DNA of 64,000 nucleotides from Candidatus Eiseniibacteriota bacterium (GCA_963823555.1 CAWGMA010000001.1:576001-640000), one strand, 5' to 3'. Shown: positions 18,644 through 30,533, numbered from the stretch's first letter. The notes: a model not told the origin generated them from the sequence alone. Program-made: numbers and translations.

Positions 18644-19696
18644 CTACGGCATCACGTCGGGCAGGGTGGCCCGGTAGGGAACGAGCTGGAAGATCGCGCC
18701 GTCGGTATCCACTCCCTGGCCTGGAGGCTGCTGGGCGTTCAGCATGTCGGGTTCGATCGAGATCATTACCCGCTCGAGATCGAGCGGCTCGGGGAGTCCG
18801 TCGCCGTCCGAATCGCCGGGATTGACCGCACCCGTGAGGGTTGCATCGCCGACGATGTTGGGATTGAAGCGGGCGATGCTCAGGTACCGCGGCGGGGAGG
18901 TGTCGTCGTCAACGAACCAGGCCTGGTAGATGAGTCCCGGATCGGCTGGCGGCGAGCTGCGAGTGAAGTATGGCATACGCTGGAACTGGAGCTGGAACTC
19001 GCCGGTCGCGGCGTTGAGGAGCGCCTCTCCATCGAGGGTGCTGAAGTCACCGGCCTCGGGCGTGCCGACGTTAAGCGGCATGATGACCGTCACCGTCGTG
19101 TCCGCGACTGCGGGCAGATCGCCGTTCGAAACGAGGATGTGCGAGTAGCCCACGGTGTTGGGGTCCGGATCCGGATCCTGCTCGATGGCGAGGAGGAAGG
19201 TGACCCCGTCGGTGAAGTCGAGCGTGTCGGGCATCGGCTGGCCCTGGGCCAGCGGCATGCCCGTGGACAGGAGTTCGAAGCCCCCGGATCGCATGTAGGT
19301 GAATCGCGCCACCCCGGTCGGGAACTCCGGATCCTGATTGGTGGCTGGGATGCGGAAGCGCCCGGTGGAGATGTAGCCTCGCGACTCCCCGGTGTCGGGG
19401 TAGCTGATCCAGCCCTCGTAGGCCCACCCCAGCTGGCCCGAAGCCGGGCCCGTGAGCACGGGAAGGCCGGTCACGGCCACGGTGATCTGGTTGCCGCCAG
19501 GCTCGATCGTGAGATCGCCCGCGGCAACGAGGGCCGTTCGCGAATCGTAGACGACGGGGACCACCCGCTGATTCGCCGTCAGACGAGGGGGATCATCCAC
19601 ATCACAGGCGACGATGGCCAGGGCGAGGAGAGCGGCAAGTACCACGGCCGCCTGGATGGGCGGACGGCGGGGTGGCCGAGACGGGTCATGGCGCAT
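18644..19696 (-). CDS. Lipoprotein with two internally repeated beta domains (anti-sigma RskA-like surface domain family)
   Basis: Lipobox IVA-C; repeated 'YEGWI..STGRF..LAIEQD' / 'YQAWF..SIARF..ISIEPD'. The longer ORF to 20689 overlaps the PIG-L gene and is spurious. Confidence 0.6.
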   Translation of the reverse strand: MRHDPSRPPRRPPIQAAVVLAALLALAIVACDVDDPPRLTANQRVVPVVYDSRTALVAAGDLTIEPGGNQITVAVTGLPVLTGPASGQLGWAYEGWISYPDTGESRGYISTGRFRIPATNQDPEFPTGVARFTYMRSGGFELLSTGMPLAQGQPMPDTLDFTDGVTFLLAIEQDPDPDPNTVGYSHILVSNGDLPAVADTTVTVIMPLNVGTPEAGDFSTLDGEALLNAATGEFQLQFQRMPYFTRSSPPADPGLIYQAWFVDDDTSPPRYLSIARFNPNIVGDATLTGAVNPGDSDGDGLPEPLDLERVMISIEPDMLNAQQPPGQGVDTDGAIFQLVPYRATLPDVMP

Positions 19697-19754
19697 GATT
19701 GAAAACCCGTAGGGGAAGGTGAACATCGAGCACAGTAACATGTGGGAAGCTGGG

Positions 19755-19783
19755 AAGATAGGGGAGCGGAGCCGAGTTGTCAA
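19755..19783 (-). promoter_or_regulatory. sigma70-type promoter for the lipoprotein gene
   Basis: Minus strand TTGACA-17nt-TATCTT. Confidence 0.6.
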
Positions 19784-19960
19784 GGCGTGCCCGGTCGCCC
19801 CCCGCGGCCGGTTGAGCACCGGGGCGGGTAGGGGGTAAACTCCGCCCGGTCTTGAGCCTTCCCCCCGCAGCGGCGCTGGTTGTCCCGCCGCCCCCATTCG
19901 CGTCCTCAGTTGACCGCGGCCGCGCCATCCTCGCCGGGCGGGCGGCGCCGAGGTGATCTC

Positions 19961-20752
19961 ATGTCCAGGTCCCGACGATCCAATCCGGGAAACCGCCTCA
20001 CAGGCAAGCGGCTGGTCGCCGTTTTCGCCCACCCCGATGACGAGACCTTCGGCCCCGGGGGCACCTTCGCGCGCTATGCGGCTGCCGGGGTCGAGATGCA
20101 TCTCGTCTGCGGCACGCGAGGGGAGGCTGGATCGATCGGACACTCGCGATCCTATGGTCCCGAGCTTCTCGGGCGGATCCGGCAAGCGGAGCTGGAGGCC
20201 GCAGCCGAGGTCCTCGGTTTCCGCGGGTTGACCTTTCTCGGTTACCAGGACGGGCGAGTGTCGGCGGTGGACAAGGAACGCGGCATGGCCGATGTCTACC
20301 GCGTGCTCCAGGCGGTCCAACCCCACGTTGTCGTGGCCTTCCACCCCACCGGGATCTCCGGGCATGTCGATCATCAGACCATGACCGCGTTCGCCACGGC
20401 GGCGGTGGAGCGACTGTGGACCGAGGGAACAGGGGATCCGGATGACCACCGCACGGACCTCCAGCTGCATTACTACACGATTCCGGCCTCCGTGGTGCGC
20501 CAGATCCAGTTCCGCGAGATGCCTCTCGTGCCGGATGAGGACATCACGATCGAGCTCGACACGGCGGCGTTCGCCGAGGTCAAGCGTCGCGCCATCTTCT
20601 GCCACAAGACTCAGCTCGCCTTTTACGAGCGTCTGAGGAGCGTGCCCGGCCCGGATGGGCGGTTCGCGATCGAACGCTACGTGACGCACCGGGCGGCGCC
20701 GCGCGCCCGGCGCGGGACCGATCTCTTCGCTGCCAACGGGCGTCCAGGTTAG
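19961..20752 (+). CDS. PIG-L family deacetylase (MshB/BshB-like)
   Basis: AHPDDE, 'TRGEAG', 'SGHVDH', 'HKTQ'. Confidence 0.9.
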   Translation: MSRSRRSNPGNRLTGKRLVAVFAHPDDETFGPGGTFARYAAAGVEMHLVCGTRGEAGSIGHSRSYGPELLGRIRQAELEAAAEVLGFRGLTFLGYQDGRVSAVDKERGMADVYRVLQAVQPHVVVAFHPTGISGHVDHQTMTAFATAAVERLWTEGTGDPDDHRTDLQLHYYTIPASVVRQIQFREMPLVPDEDITIELDTAAFAEVKRRAIFCHKTQLAFYERLRSVPGPDGRFAIERYVTHRAAPRARRGTDLFAANGRPG

Positions 20753-20797
20753 CCGTGTCCCCCACGGGAGCGCGCGCGGATGGGGCCGCGGCTGCGA

Positions 20798-22733
20798 TCA
20801 GGCTTCCTCCTCCGGCTCGTGATCAGGCTCCTCCCACGCGCTTGCATCCGAGGCCGGGTGGAAGAAGTCATGGATCTCCCGGGCCGCGCCGCGTCCGATT
20901 CCGGGCACCTGGGCGAGCTCCTCGACCGATGCCTCCTTCACCGCAGCGAGCGAGCCGAGCGTGGTCAGGAGGGCGCTCCGCCGCCGGGGACCGATTCCGG
21001 GAATGGCCTCGAGCTTGGAGAGCGTCAGACTCCGCCGCTTGAGTTGCCGCTGATACGTGATGGCAAAGCGGTGCGCCTCGTCTCGGATGCGAACCAGAAA
21101 GTGATTCTCGGGTGAATCCTGGCGCAGAACGATCGGTTCATCACGGTCGGCCGTGTAGACGCGTTCCTCCGTTCGGATCGCGGCCGGAGCCCGGTCGCTC
21201 CCGCCGAGCGCCGGGCGCCGCTTTCGCCGGGACTTGGCTAGCCCGATGACATCGATATCGACCACGTTGTGCTCGGCCATCACTTCGCGCACCCGGTCGA
21301 GCTGGCCCTTGCCACCATCGATGATGAGGAGATCGGGTAATGATCCTTCTTTGATCCCCCGCTCGAGGCGACGGGAGAGCACCTCGGCGAGGGCGCCGAA
21401 GTCATCTCCCGGCTGCGCCGATCGCACGCGATAGCGCCGGTAGCGGTCCTTGTCGGCCACACCCCCGACAAAGGTCACGCGCGAACCCACTGTCTCCCGG
21501 CCCCCGAGGTGCGAGATGTCATAACATTCGATGACCTCGGGTGTGCTGTTCAGGGTGAGTTTCTCGCGTAGCGACTCGAGGAGCTCCGCGTGGCGATCGC
21601 GCTCGGCGCGGCTCGTGACCAGCGCCTGGGCCGCGTTCCGGTTCGCGATCTCGACCTGGGCTCGCTTGTCCCCTCGCTTGGGGACCCGGATGCGAACGGC
21701 ATGTCCCGACTTCTCCCCGAGCCACTCGCCGAGCACCGATTCATCCTCGATCTCGACCGGCACCAGGATCTCGGACGGGACCATCTTCTCGCCATCATAG
21801 AACTGCACGAGAAAGCTCGATAGGAGTTCGCCCACCGGCATCAGGGCGCGGAACCGGTGGGCCGTCGAGTGCGCCAGCTTGCCCTCGCGAAAGAAGAGCG
21901 TCTGGATCGCCAACTCACCGCCTTCCCAGTGGTAGCCGAAGACGTCACGGTCGTAGCTTTCTCCGGTCACCTCGGTGTGCTGCCGCTCGACGGTGAGTTC
22001 GATGGCGCCCATGCGATCGCGGAGCTCGGCCGCCTCCTCGAAGCGTCGCGCTGCTGCGGCCTCCTGCATCCGGCGCCGCAGCTCCTCGAGCACCGAGCGG
22101 TTGCGACCGCGCATGAACTGAATGAGCCCCTCGACATAGCTCCGGTAGATGTCTTCGCCCACGATGGTCGACGCAAGGAGCGGAACACATCCGGATGTCG
22201 TAGTAGACGCAAGGACGATTTCGATTGGCTAGAGTGTGATCTGTGCACAACCGGAGCGGGAAGACCCGCTGCAGGGCCCTGATCGTCGCACGCAGCTTGT
22301 CGGCCGAGGAGTAGGGTCCGAAGTAGAGGGCACCGTCGTCCTTCGCCCCCCGCGTCACCAGGGCCCGTGGCCAGCGGTGATCGACGTTGATCTTGAGGAT
22401 GACGTAGGATTTGTCGTCTCGCAGCCGCACGTTGAATCGCGGCTTCGCCTTCTTGATCAGGTTGTTCTCGAGGAGGAGCGCGTCCTTCTCGGTCGTGGTG
22501 ACCAGGTACTCGATATCGACCACGCGGTCGACGAGGAACTCGACCTGATAGCGCCCGTCGCCGGTGGTGCGGAAGTACGAGCGCACGCGGCTATGGAGGT
22601 CCTTGGCCTTGCCGATGTAGAGGACCTCGCCGGTGCTGTCGCGCATGAGGTAGACCCCGGGTGAGCGCGGGGCCTGGTCGAGACGCTCGGCCAGGCGGGG
22701 AGTGATCGGGATCGGGAGGTCGTGTTCCGTCAT
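20798..22733 (-). pseudogene. uvrC: Excinuclease ABC subunit C split by a frameshift near 22163-22166 (pseudogene or sequence error)
   Basis: 5' ORF has GIY-YIG (GVY..YIGKA) and a Cys cluster ending CSAPCVD; the sequence continues in another frame with UVR, RNase H-like (ECYDISH, IDGGKGQ, RDEAHRFA) and HhH domains. Confidence 0.9.
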
Positions 22734-22894
22734 GGCTTCGGCGGTTGCTTCCGCGCGGGTAGCGCCTTAAGATCCTCATCTCATGATGTGCTCGCGTCGC
22801 GCCAGGTCGAACCTGGCCCTCGCTTGAAGCATAGACCACCGGTCGCTCCGGCGTCGCGCTGGAGCACGATCCCCCCGCCGAGACCTCAAGTGCC

Positions 22895-23716
22895 ATGGAA
22901 GTGATGATCGGTTCCACGCGCCTCGACCTCGTCGAGGGCGATCTGACCGCGCTCCCTGCGGATGCCATCATCAACCCCGCGAATGCGGAGCTCCAGCTCG
23001 GCGCGGGGGTCGCCGGCGCGATCCGGCAGCGGGGCGGCCCGGCAATCCAAGCGGAGTGCGCCGCTCTGGCGCCGATCGCCGTGGGGCAGGCGGTCCTGAC
23101 CGGTGGGGGCGCGCTCCCCGCGCGGCACGTGATCCATGCGGTGGGGCCGCGCTGGGGGGAAGGCGACGAGGACGAGAAGCTCGCCCGGGCGACCCGGGCG
23201 AGTCTCACCCTGGCCGAGGAGCGCGGGCTCGGCTGGGTGGCGTTTCCAGCCCTCTCCACCGGTGTGTTCGGATTCCCCATCGACCGGTGTGCCGCGATCA
23301 TGCTGGGAACGGTGATTGCCTTCCTGCTTCCCGGGAGCCACCTCCGGCGCGTGACCTTCAGCCTGTGGGGAGCCGAGGCCTATCAGGTCTTTGCAGCCGA
23401 ACTGGCCCGGCACGACCTGGGCGGCGGAAATCGCCTCCCACCCGGGCCAGAAGCCGCGGAGGCCGGGAGCATCGTTGTCGAGCTGCTTCTCTTCGCCGTA
23501 CTGCGCGATGCCATCGGCACGGACCGCGTGCGCCTCACTCTCCCCGCGCCAGCCACGGCCGGTGATGCCCTGGCCGCCGTCGTGGCGCGTCATCCGGCAG
23601 TGGCGCAGCACCAGCCGAGCCTCCGGCTCGCGGTCAATTGCGAGTACGCGGACCCGGGCCGAGAGCTCGCAACCGGGGATGAAGTGGCGCTCATTCCCCC
23701 TACGTGTGGCGGATGA
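22895..23716 (+). CDS. Macrodomain fused to a C-terminal MoaD/ThiS sulfur-carrier domain
   Basis: Macro: 'GDLT..DAIINPAN..GAGVAGAI..VIHAVGP..FPALSTGVFGFP'; MoaD: 'LLFAVLRD..AVNCEY..GDEVALIPPTCGG*'. Confidence 0.88.
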   Translation: MEVMIGSTRLDLVEGDLTALPADAIINPANAELQLGAGVAGAIRQRGGPAIQAECAALAPIAVGQAVLTGGGALPARHVIHAVGPRWGEGDEDEKLARATRASLTLAEERGLGWVAFPALSTGVFGFPIDRCAAIMLGTVIAFLLPGSHLRRVTFSLWGAEAYQVFAAELARHDLGGGNRLPPGPEAAEAGSIVVELLLFAVLRDAIGTDRVRLTLPAPATAGDALAAVVARHPAVAQHQPSLRLAVNCEYADPGRELATGDEVALIPPTCGG

Positions 23717-24144
23717 CGCCGGTCTCGCCGCCGCGTGTCGCGCTGTCCGCGACGACGATCGACGCGGCCCAGGTGGCGGGCCTCGTCGCCGGTAGCGGCG
23801 CCGGGGGCCTGGTCCTCTTCATCGGGACCGTGCGTGACGAGAACCGCGGGCGGGCCGTCATCCGTCTCGTCTACGAGGCCTACGCGCCGATGGCGATCAA
23901 GGTCATCGAGAGGGTCGCAGCCGAAGCCCGCGACCGATTTGCCGTTCTCGATGTCGCCGTACACCATCGCACGGGTGAGCTGGCCCTGGGCGACGTGGCC
24001 GTGGTGGTCGCGGTGGCTGCGGTGCATCGTGCGGAGGCCTTCGTTGCCTGCAAGTATGTGATCGATGAGCTCAAGACGCGGGCGCCGATCTGGAAGAAGG
24101 AGATCTACCGGGACGGTGAATCGTGGTTGAGTCACGGTCCCTAG
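23713..24144 (+). CDS. moaE: Molybdopterin synthase catalytic subunit
   Basis: 'FIGTVRD', 'LVYEAYAPMA', 'HRTGEL', 'IDELKTRAPIWKKE'; ATGA overlap with the upstream gene. Confidence 0.93.
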   Translation: MTPVSPPRVALSATTIDAAQVAGLVAGSGAGGLVLFIGTVRDENRGRAVIRLVYEAYAPMAIKVIERVAAEARDRFAVLDVAVHHRTGELALGDVAVVVAVAAVHRAEAFVACKYVIDELKTRAPIWKKEIYRDGESWLSHGP

Positions 24145-24187
24145 CGCATGGTGGGTGGATGGTCCCGGACGGACGAAGGGGAATCGG

Positions 24188-25003
24188 ATGATGGCGGCAG
24201 ATCATGCTGCGCTCGAGGCTCGACGGCGCGTGGCTACGGCGGCCGCCCTCGAGGCCGGTCGCGCTTTGCGGCAGTACTTCGGCAAGCCTCTCGAATCGCG
24301 CCTCAAGCAGGGTGGGTCCATGGTCTCCGCGGCCGATCACGCCGCGGAGGACATCCTGCGCGAGTGGGTCGCCAGGGAGTTCCCCGGGGATTCGATCCTG
24401 GCCGAGGAAGGCGGGTTCGTGCCGGGAGACCAGACCTGGTGCTGGACGCTGGATGGTCTCGATGGAACGCAGAATTTCCTGGCGGGGATTCCGCTCTTCG
24501 CCGTTGCCTTGGCGGTGCTCATGGAGCGCTCGCCCGCCGTGGCCGTGATCCACGATCCGGTGCGGCAGGTCAGCTACACGGCGCACAGGGGGGGTGGGGC
24601 ATGGTGCGAGGATGATCCCATCAGGGTCAACCCCCGCCCCCTCGATCCATCATCGTTGATTGCCGTGAGGCATCGCTTCCTCCGGCGCGAGGCCGATCGA
24701 ATCTACGATGCCCTGCCGTCGAGGAAGTTCCGCAGTCTGGGTAGCATGTCGATCGAACTCGCCTACACCGCCAGCGGTGCGCTCGCCGGACTGGTGGCCA
24801 ACAGGCCGCACCTGTGGGACATCGCCCCCGGCGTGCTCCTCATCGAGGAAGGAGGAGGCTCGGCCCTGAGTTTCGACGGCAGCACCATCTTCCCTCTTGG
24901 CCACGAGCCTGGCAACGAGCCCGACCGCCGCTACAGGATTGCTGCCGGGAACCCGACGGTCGTCACCGAGCTGGTGGCGCACCTGCGCGACCTGCCCTTG
25001 TAG
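24188..25003 (+). CDS. Inositol monophosphatase (SuhB/CysQ-like) family protein
   Basis: 'LAEEG', 'WTLDGLDGTQNF', 'RSLGS', 'WDIAPG'. Confidence 0.85.
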   Translation: MMAADHAALEARRRVATAAALEAGRALRQYFGKPLESRLKQGGSMVSAADHAAEDILREWVAREFPGDSILAEEGGFVPGDQTWCWTLDGLDGTQNFLAGIPLFAVALAVLMERSPAVAVIHDPVRQVSYTAHRGGGAWCEDDPIRVNPRPLDPSSLIAVRHRFLRREADRIYDALPSRKFRSLGSMSIELAYTASGALAGLVANRPHLWDIAPGVLLIEEGGGSALSFDGSTIFPLGHEPGNEPDRRYRIAAGNPTVVTELVAHLRDLPL

Positions 25004-25066
25004 GTCCGGCAAGCGGTTCCCAGGCCTGCCGGCGTGCCGTTGTCGTCGTCGCGTGGTCGCCAGGAT

Positions 25067-25372
25067 CTAGTAGCTACTTCCGCCGTAACCGCCGCGTCCA
25101 CGGCCGCCGCCACCACCGCCGCCCTCACGCGGTCTCGCCTCGTTGACCGTCAGAGCCCGGCCCTTCATCTCCATGCCGTTCAGCGCCGAGATGGCCGCCT
25201 GGGCCTCTTCGTCCGAGCCCATCTCGACGAAGCCGAATCCCTTGGAACGACCCGTCTCCCGATCCACGATTACCTGTGCCGACTGCACAGCCCCGTGTGC
25301 CGCGAACATCTGCGCGAGATCATCATCGCTGACATTGTATGGCAAGTTGCCGACGTAAACCCTGTTACCCAT
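25067..25372 (-). CDS. Single-RRM RNA-binding protein with Gly/Arg-rich tail
   Basis: RNP2 VYVGNL, RNP1 KGFGFVEM, tail GGGGGGGRGRGGYGG. Confidence 0.93.
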   Translation of the reverse strand: MGNRVYVGNLPYNVSDDDLAQMFAAHGAVQSAQVIVDRETGRSKGFGFVEMGSDEEAQAAISALNGMEMKGRALTVNEARPREGGGGGGGRGRGGYGGSSY

Positions 25373-25519
25373 GCGTTTCGTAGCTCCTGAACCATTGAGA
25401 GTGCCGGCCAAGCCATCGCCCCTCGTGGGTCCCGACTGTGGACGGCGGGGAAGAACCCGCAACATGCAGCAGATCGGCGTGAAGAATGCGGTCGTTGCCA
25501 GCGCGGGTTCAAAACAAGA

Positions 25520-26629
25520 TCAGAATGTGGAGTCTAGAGCCCTTTCCTCGCCTGAAGATTCCGCGTCGCCACTTGGACTTCCCTGCGTGGCGGCGGAATC
25601 CGGGTCCTCTGGATCGCGGTCGCCTTCCGGCGCGGCATCCAGCCCTTCGGGGGCTGAAACCCCGGCTTCGTCCGCGGGGGGAGGCGATGGTTGTGGTTGC
25701 CCATCGATCTCGCCCACCGGGAGAGCCTCCAGAACCATCGTCTGGCCGCTCGTCACCATGCACCATTCGATCTCGGCCGGCTCTTCAAGGATCTCCTCCA
25801 CGCCGAGCGCCATGGTGCATAGATTGCGGATGGCCGGGTCCTTGAGCACGACCGAGTTCCGGCGGTTCTTGGGCACCGGCACGATGCCGCTTGCCGAGAC
25901 CATGATGTCCTTGGTGACGATCCGCTTGTAGCGCAAAGCCATCGTCCGCCGGTCGACATGGTAGATGTCCGGGGTCGCCTGCGCCGCCGAGCCTTGACCC
26001 ATGCCCCAGAAAGCAGTGATGACCAGCCGATCCCGGTCGCCCGTGCCGGGATCCGCGGTGAAGATGGTGCCCGAGGACACCGGGTGCACCATGACTTGAA
26101 TGAGCACCGCAGGGCGCAACCGGGCATGATCGACCCCGGCGCGCTGTGCCGCCGTGATCACCGACGGCTGCCAGATCGAAGCCCACACGTCGCGCACGGC
26201 CTGGAAGAGATCTTTCTCTCCAAGCACATTGAGATGCGGCTCGGCATGTCCGGAGACTGGACTCCGCATGAGATCGTCGCAGGCCAAGGAAAGGCGTACG
26301 ACCACGCGGGGACGCTGGCCCAGCGTGCGGTAGACGGTCGACAGGCTGAACGCTACCTCGGCGGGAATCGCCGCTTCGAGGATGCGGGCATGGATGGTCT
26401 CGGCGGTGGAGAGGACATCGGGACCTTCAGGCAGGGCATGGAAGGCCGTGACGGCGTCCCCGATTCCGGAGTCCTTGAGGAAGGCGTCGTAGGCAAGAGC
26501 CTTGAGGCAGAAGCCCTTCGGTACTGGAACGCCACGGGCGAGAACCTCACCGAGAAGCGCCCCCTTGCCGCCGGCCTGGCTCACCTTGGCACGGTTAATG
26601 TCTTCCAGGCCAACAACATATTCATCCAT
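25520..26629 (-). CDS. Stand-alone PEP synthase/PPDK N-terminal ATP-grasp-like domain with degenerate motifs and an acidic tail
   Basis: 'GGKGALLG..GVPVPKGF', 'VLIQVMV..SGTIFT.DP.TG', 'EIEW'; no His-swivel or PEP-binding domain. Confidence 0.75.
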   Translation of the reverse strand: MDEYVVGLEDINRAKVSQAGGKGALLGEVLARGVPVPKGFCLKALAYDAFLKDSGIGDAVTAFHALPEGPDVLSTAETIHARILEAAIPAEVAFSLSTVYRTLGQRPRVVVRLSLACDDLMRSPVSGHAEPHLNVLGEKDLFQAVRDVWASIWQPSVITAAQRAGVDHARLRPAVLIQVMVHPVSSGTIFTADPGTGDRDRLVITAFWGMGQGSAAQATPDIYHVDRRTMALRYKRIVTKDIMVSASGIVPVPKNRRNSVVLKDPAIRNLCTMALGVEEILEEPAEIEWCMVTSGQTMVLEALPVGEIDGQPQPSPPPADEAGVSAPEGLDAAPEGDRDPEDPDSAATQGSPSGDAESSGEERALDSTF

Positions 26630-26671
26630 GCAGTCTCGCCCTCCACCAACCCGAGATCGAAGAAGGCTACC

Positions 26672-26700
26672 ATTAAACGAGCACAGCCGGGACCTGTAAA
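26672..26700 (-). promoter_or_regulatory. Candidate sigma70 promoter
   Basis: Minus strand TTTACA-17nt-TTTAAT. Confidence 0.45.
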
Positions 26701-27102
26701 GGGGAAAACCGGCCTGAGCGCACCGAATCGCCGGTGCATCCACCAATCTGGTATGGGCTTGGGAATGCCGCCGAACCCTGCAGAGGAGCTGGCCGGAACG
26801 TCGGCGGGAGCCTGGCGGCCGGGCGGGAACCCTCGTTCTCGTAGGGTCTCCTTTTCGGACTACCGGGCCTTGTGATAGCGTTCTCCGATGGCAGGTGGCG
26901 GGGCAGGCGCGTCCGACGTCCCTGGCCCTCGGCTTTCCGGACCGATTACCTATCTATAATAACTCCAGTGACTTAAGCCCGAGTGGCAGTTGCCGCGGGC
27001 GGTCCTGGGATACCCTCAGCTCGCGACGGCTCGTCACGGTCATGAGTCCGGCGCGGTCGCCGGCTCCCGGCGGGGCCGGGAGGATGACGGGGAGGTTGCA
27101 TC

Positions 27103-29193
<2,091 letters not shown>

Positions 29194-29225
29194 GGACGGT
29201 GTGCGGGGACCGTTAAGGAGCGGCG

Positions 29226-29984
29226 ATGTCAGGCCATTCGAAGTGGAGCCAGATCAAGCGCAAGAAAGGCAAGGCCGACCAGGAGCGGGGGCGGCTCTTC
29301 GGCAGGCTCATCCGTGAAATCACCATCGCTGCGCGCGATGGCGGTGGCGATCCCGATGGCAACGCGCGGCTGCGTGCCGCCATCCAGACCGCCAAGGCCA
29401 ATGCCATGCCTGCGGCCAACATCGAGCGAGCGATCAAGAAGGGCACGGGCGAACTCGAGGGTGAGAGCTACGAAGAGTTCAGCTACGAGGGATACGCTCC
29501 TGGTGGCGTTGCGCTGATGATCGACGTTCTCACCGACAACAAGAATCGGACCACCTCTGAGATTCGCCATCTGCTCTCACGCGCCGGTGGCAATCTCGGT
29601 GAATCGGGATGTGTGGCCTTTCTGTTCGCCGACCGTGGTTCGATTCAAGTTGACCGCAAGGTATGCGATGAAGAGACGATCCTCGAGGTGGCAGCGGAGG
29701 CCGGAGCTCTCGATGTCAACATCGAGATGGAGGAGACCTTCGAGGTATTGACCGAGCCGAACGCCCTGCATCAGGTTGCCCGCTATCTCGAGCAGAAATC
29801 GATCCCGCATCACGATGTGCGCCGGGTTCGCATGCCGACGACCACCGTGCCTCTGGACCGCGAATCCGCCGGCAAGGTGCTCAAGCTCCTCGACCTGCTC
29901 GAGGATCATGATGACGTGCAGAACGTCTGGTCCAACTTCGACATTCCGGACGATGTCATGTCCAGCCTGACCTCGGCGGCCTGA
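29226..29984 (+). CDS. yebC: YebC/PmpR family protein
   Basis: MSGHSKWSQIKRKK, 'YEGYAPGG', 'TDNKNRT'. Confidence 0.95.
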   Translation: MSGHSKWSQIKRKKGKADQERGRLFGRLIREITIAARDGGGDPDGNARLRAAIQTAKANAMPAANIERAIKKGTGELEGESYEEFSYEGYAPGGVALMIDVLTDNKNRTTSEIRHLLSRAGGNLGESGCVAFLFADRGSIQVDRKVCDEETILEVAAEAGALDVNIEMEETFEVLTEPNALHQVARYLEQKSIPHHDVRRVRMPTTTVPLDRESAGKVLKLLDLLEDHDDVQNVWSNFDIPDDVMSSLTSAA

Positions 29985-30005
29985 GATCCGACCGATGGGT
30001 GCCTC

Positions 30006-30533
30006 GTGGTGATCCTCGGGATCGATCCCGGCGCCGCCGCGACGGGCTACGGCTTTCTCGTCGGGGATGCCAACGCGTGGCACTATCTCGATTCCGGCGT
30101 CATTCGCCCACCTGCTCGAGTGCCGCTTGCCGATCGACTGCTTGCCCTCGACCAGGCGCTGCGCCAGCTCGTCGATCGCCACGCCCCGGATGAGGTGGCC
30201 GTCGAGAGCTTGTTCCATGCCCGGAGCCCGCGCACGGCCATCGTCCTCGGCCATGCCCGCGGCGTCGTGCTCCTGGCGGCGGCCAGCCGCGGCGCGGGGG
30301 TGGCCGAATACGCGCCGCGCGAGATCAAGATGGCGGTGACCGGCCTCGGCGCCGCCTCCAAGGAGCAGGTACGGGCGATGGTGCGCCGCTTGGTAACGAC
30401 CCCGCCGAGACTGGCGCTGGACGCCGCCGATGCCCTGGCGGTAGCCCTCTGTCACGCGCAGCGGCGGCAGATCCAGGCCACGCTGGCCCGAGCGGTTCCC
30501 GGCGGCGCGGGCTCTTCCCGGGGGCGGCGATGA
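30006..30533 (+). CDS. ruvC: Holliday junction resolvase
   Basis: LGIDPG, 'VAVESLF', 'LGHARG', 'DAADALAVA'. Confidence 0.95.
   Translation: MVILGIDPGAAATGYGFLVGDANAWHYLDSGVIRPPARVPLADRLLALDQALRQLVDRHAPDEVAVESLFHARSPRTAIVLGHARGVVLLAAASRGAGVAEYAPREIKMAVTGLGAASKEQVRAMVRRLVTTPPRLALDAADALAVALCHAQRRQIQATLARAVPGGAGSSRGRR

Noticed and set aside
19697..20689. N-terminal extension making the lipoprotein 681 aa
   Set aside because: It lies antisense to the PIG-L gene; the promoter and signal peptide place the start at 19696
22150..22180. Programmed ribosomal frameshift in uvrC
   Set aside because: No slippery sequence or evident stimulatory element
25440..25530. 6S RNA suggested by 'GCGGGTTCAAAAC'
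   Set aside because: No long closing stem or central bubble; only an 8-bp inverted repeat
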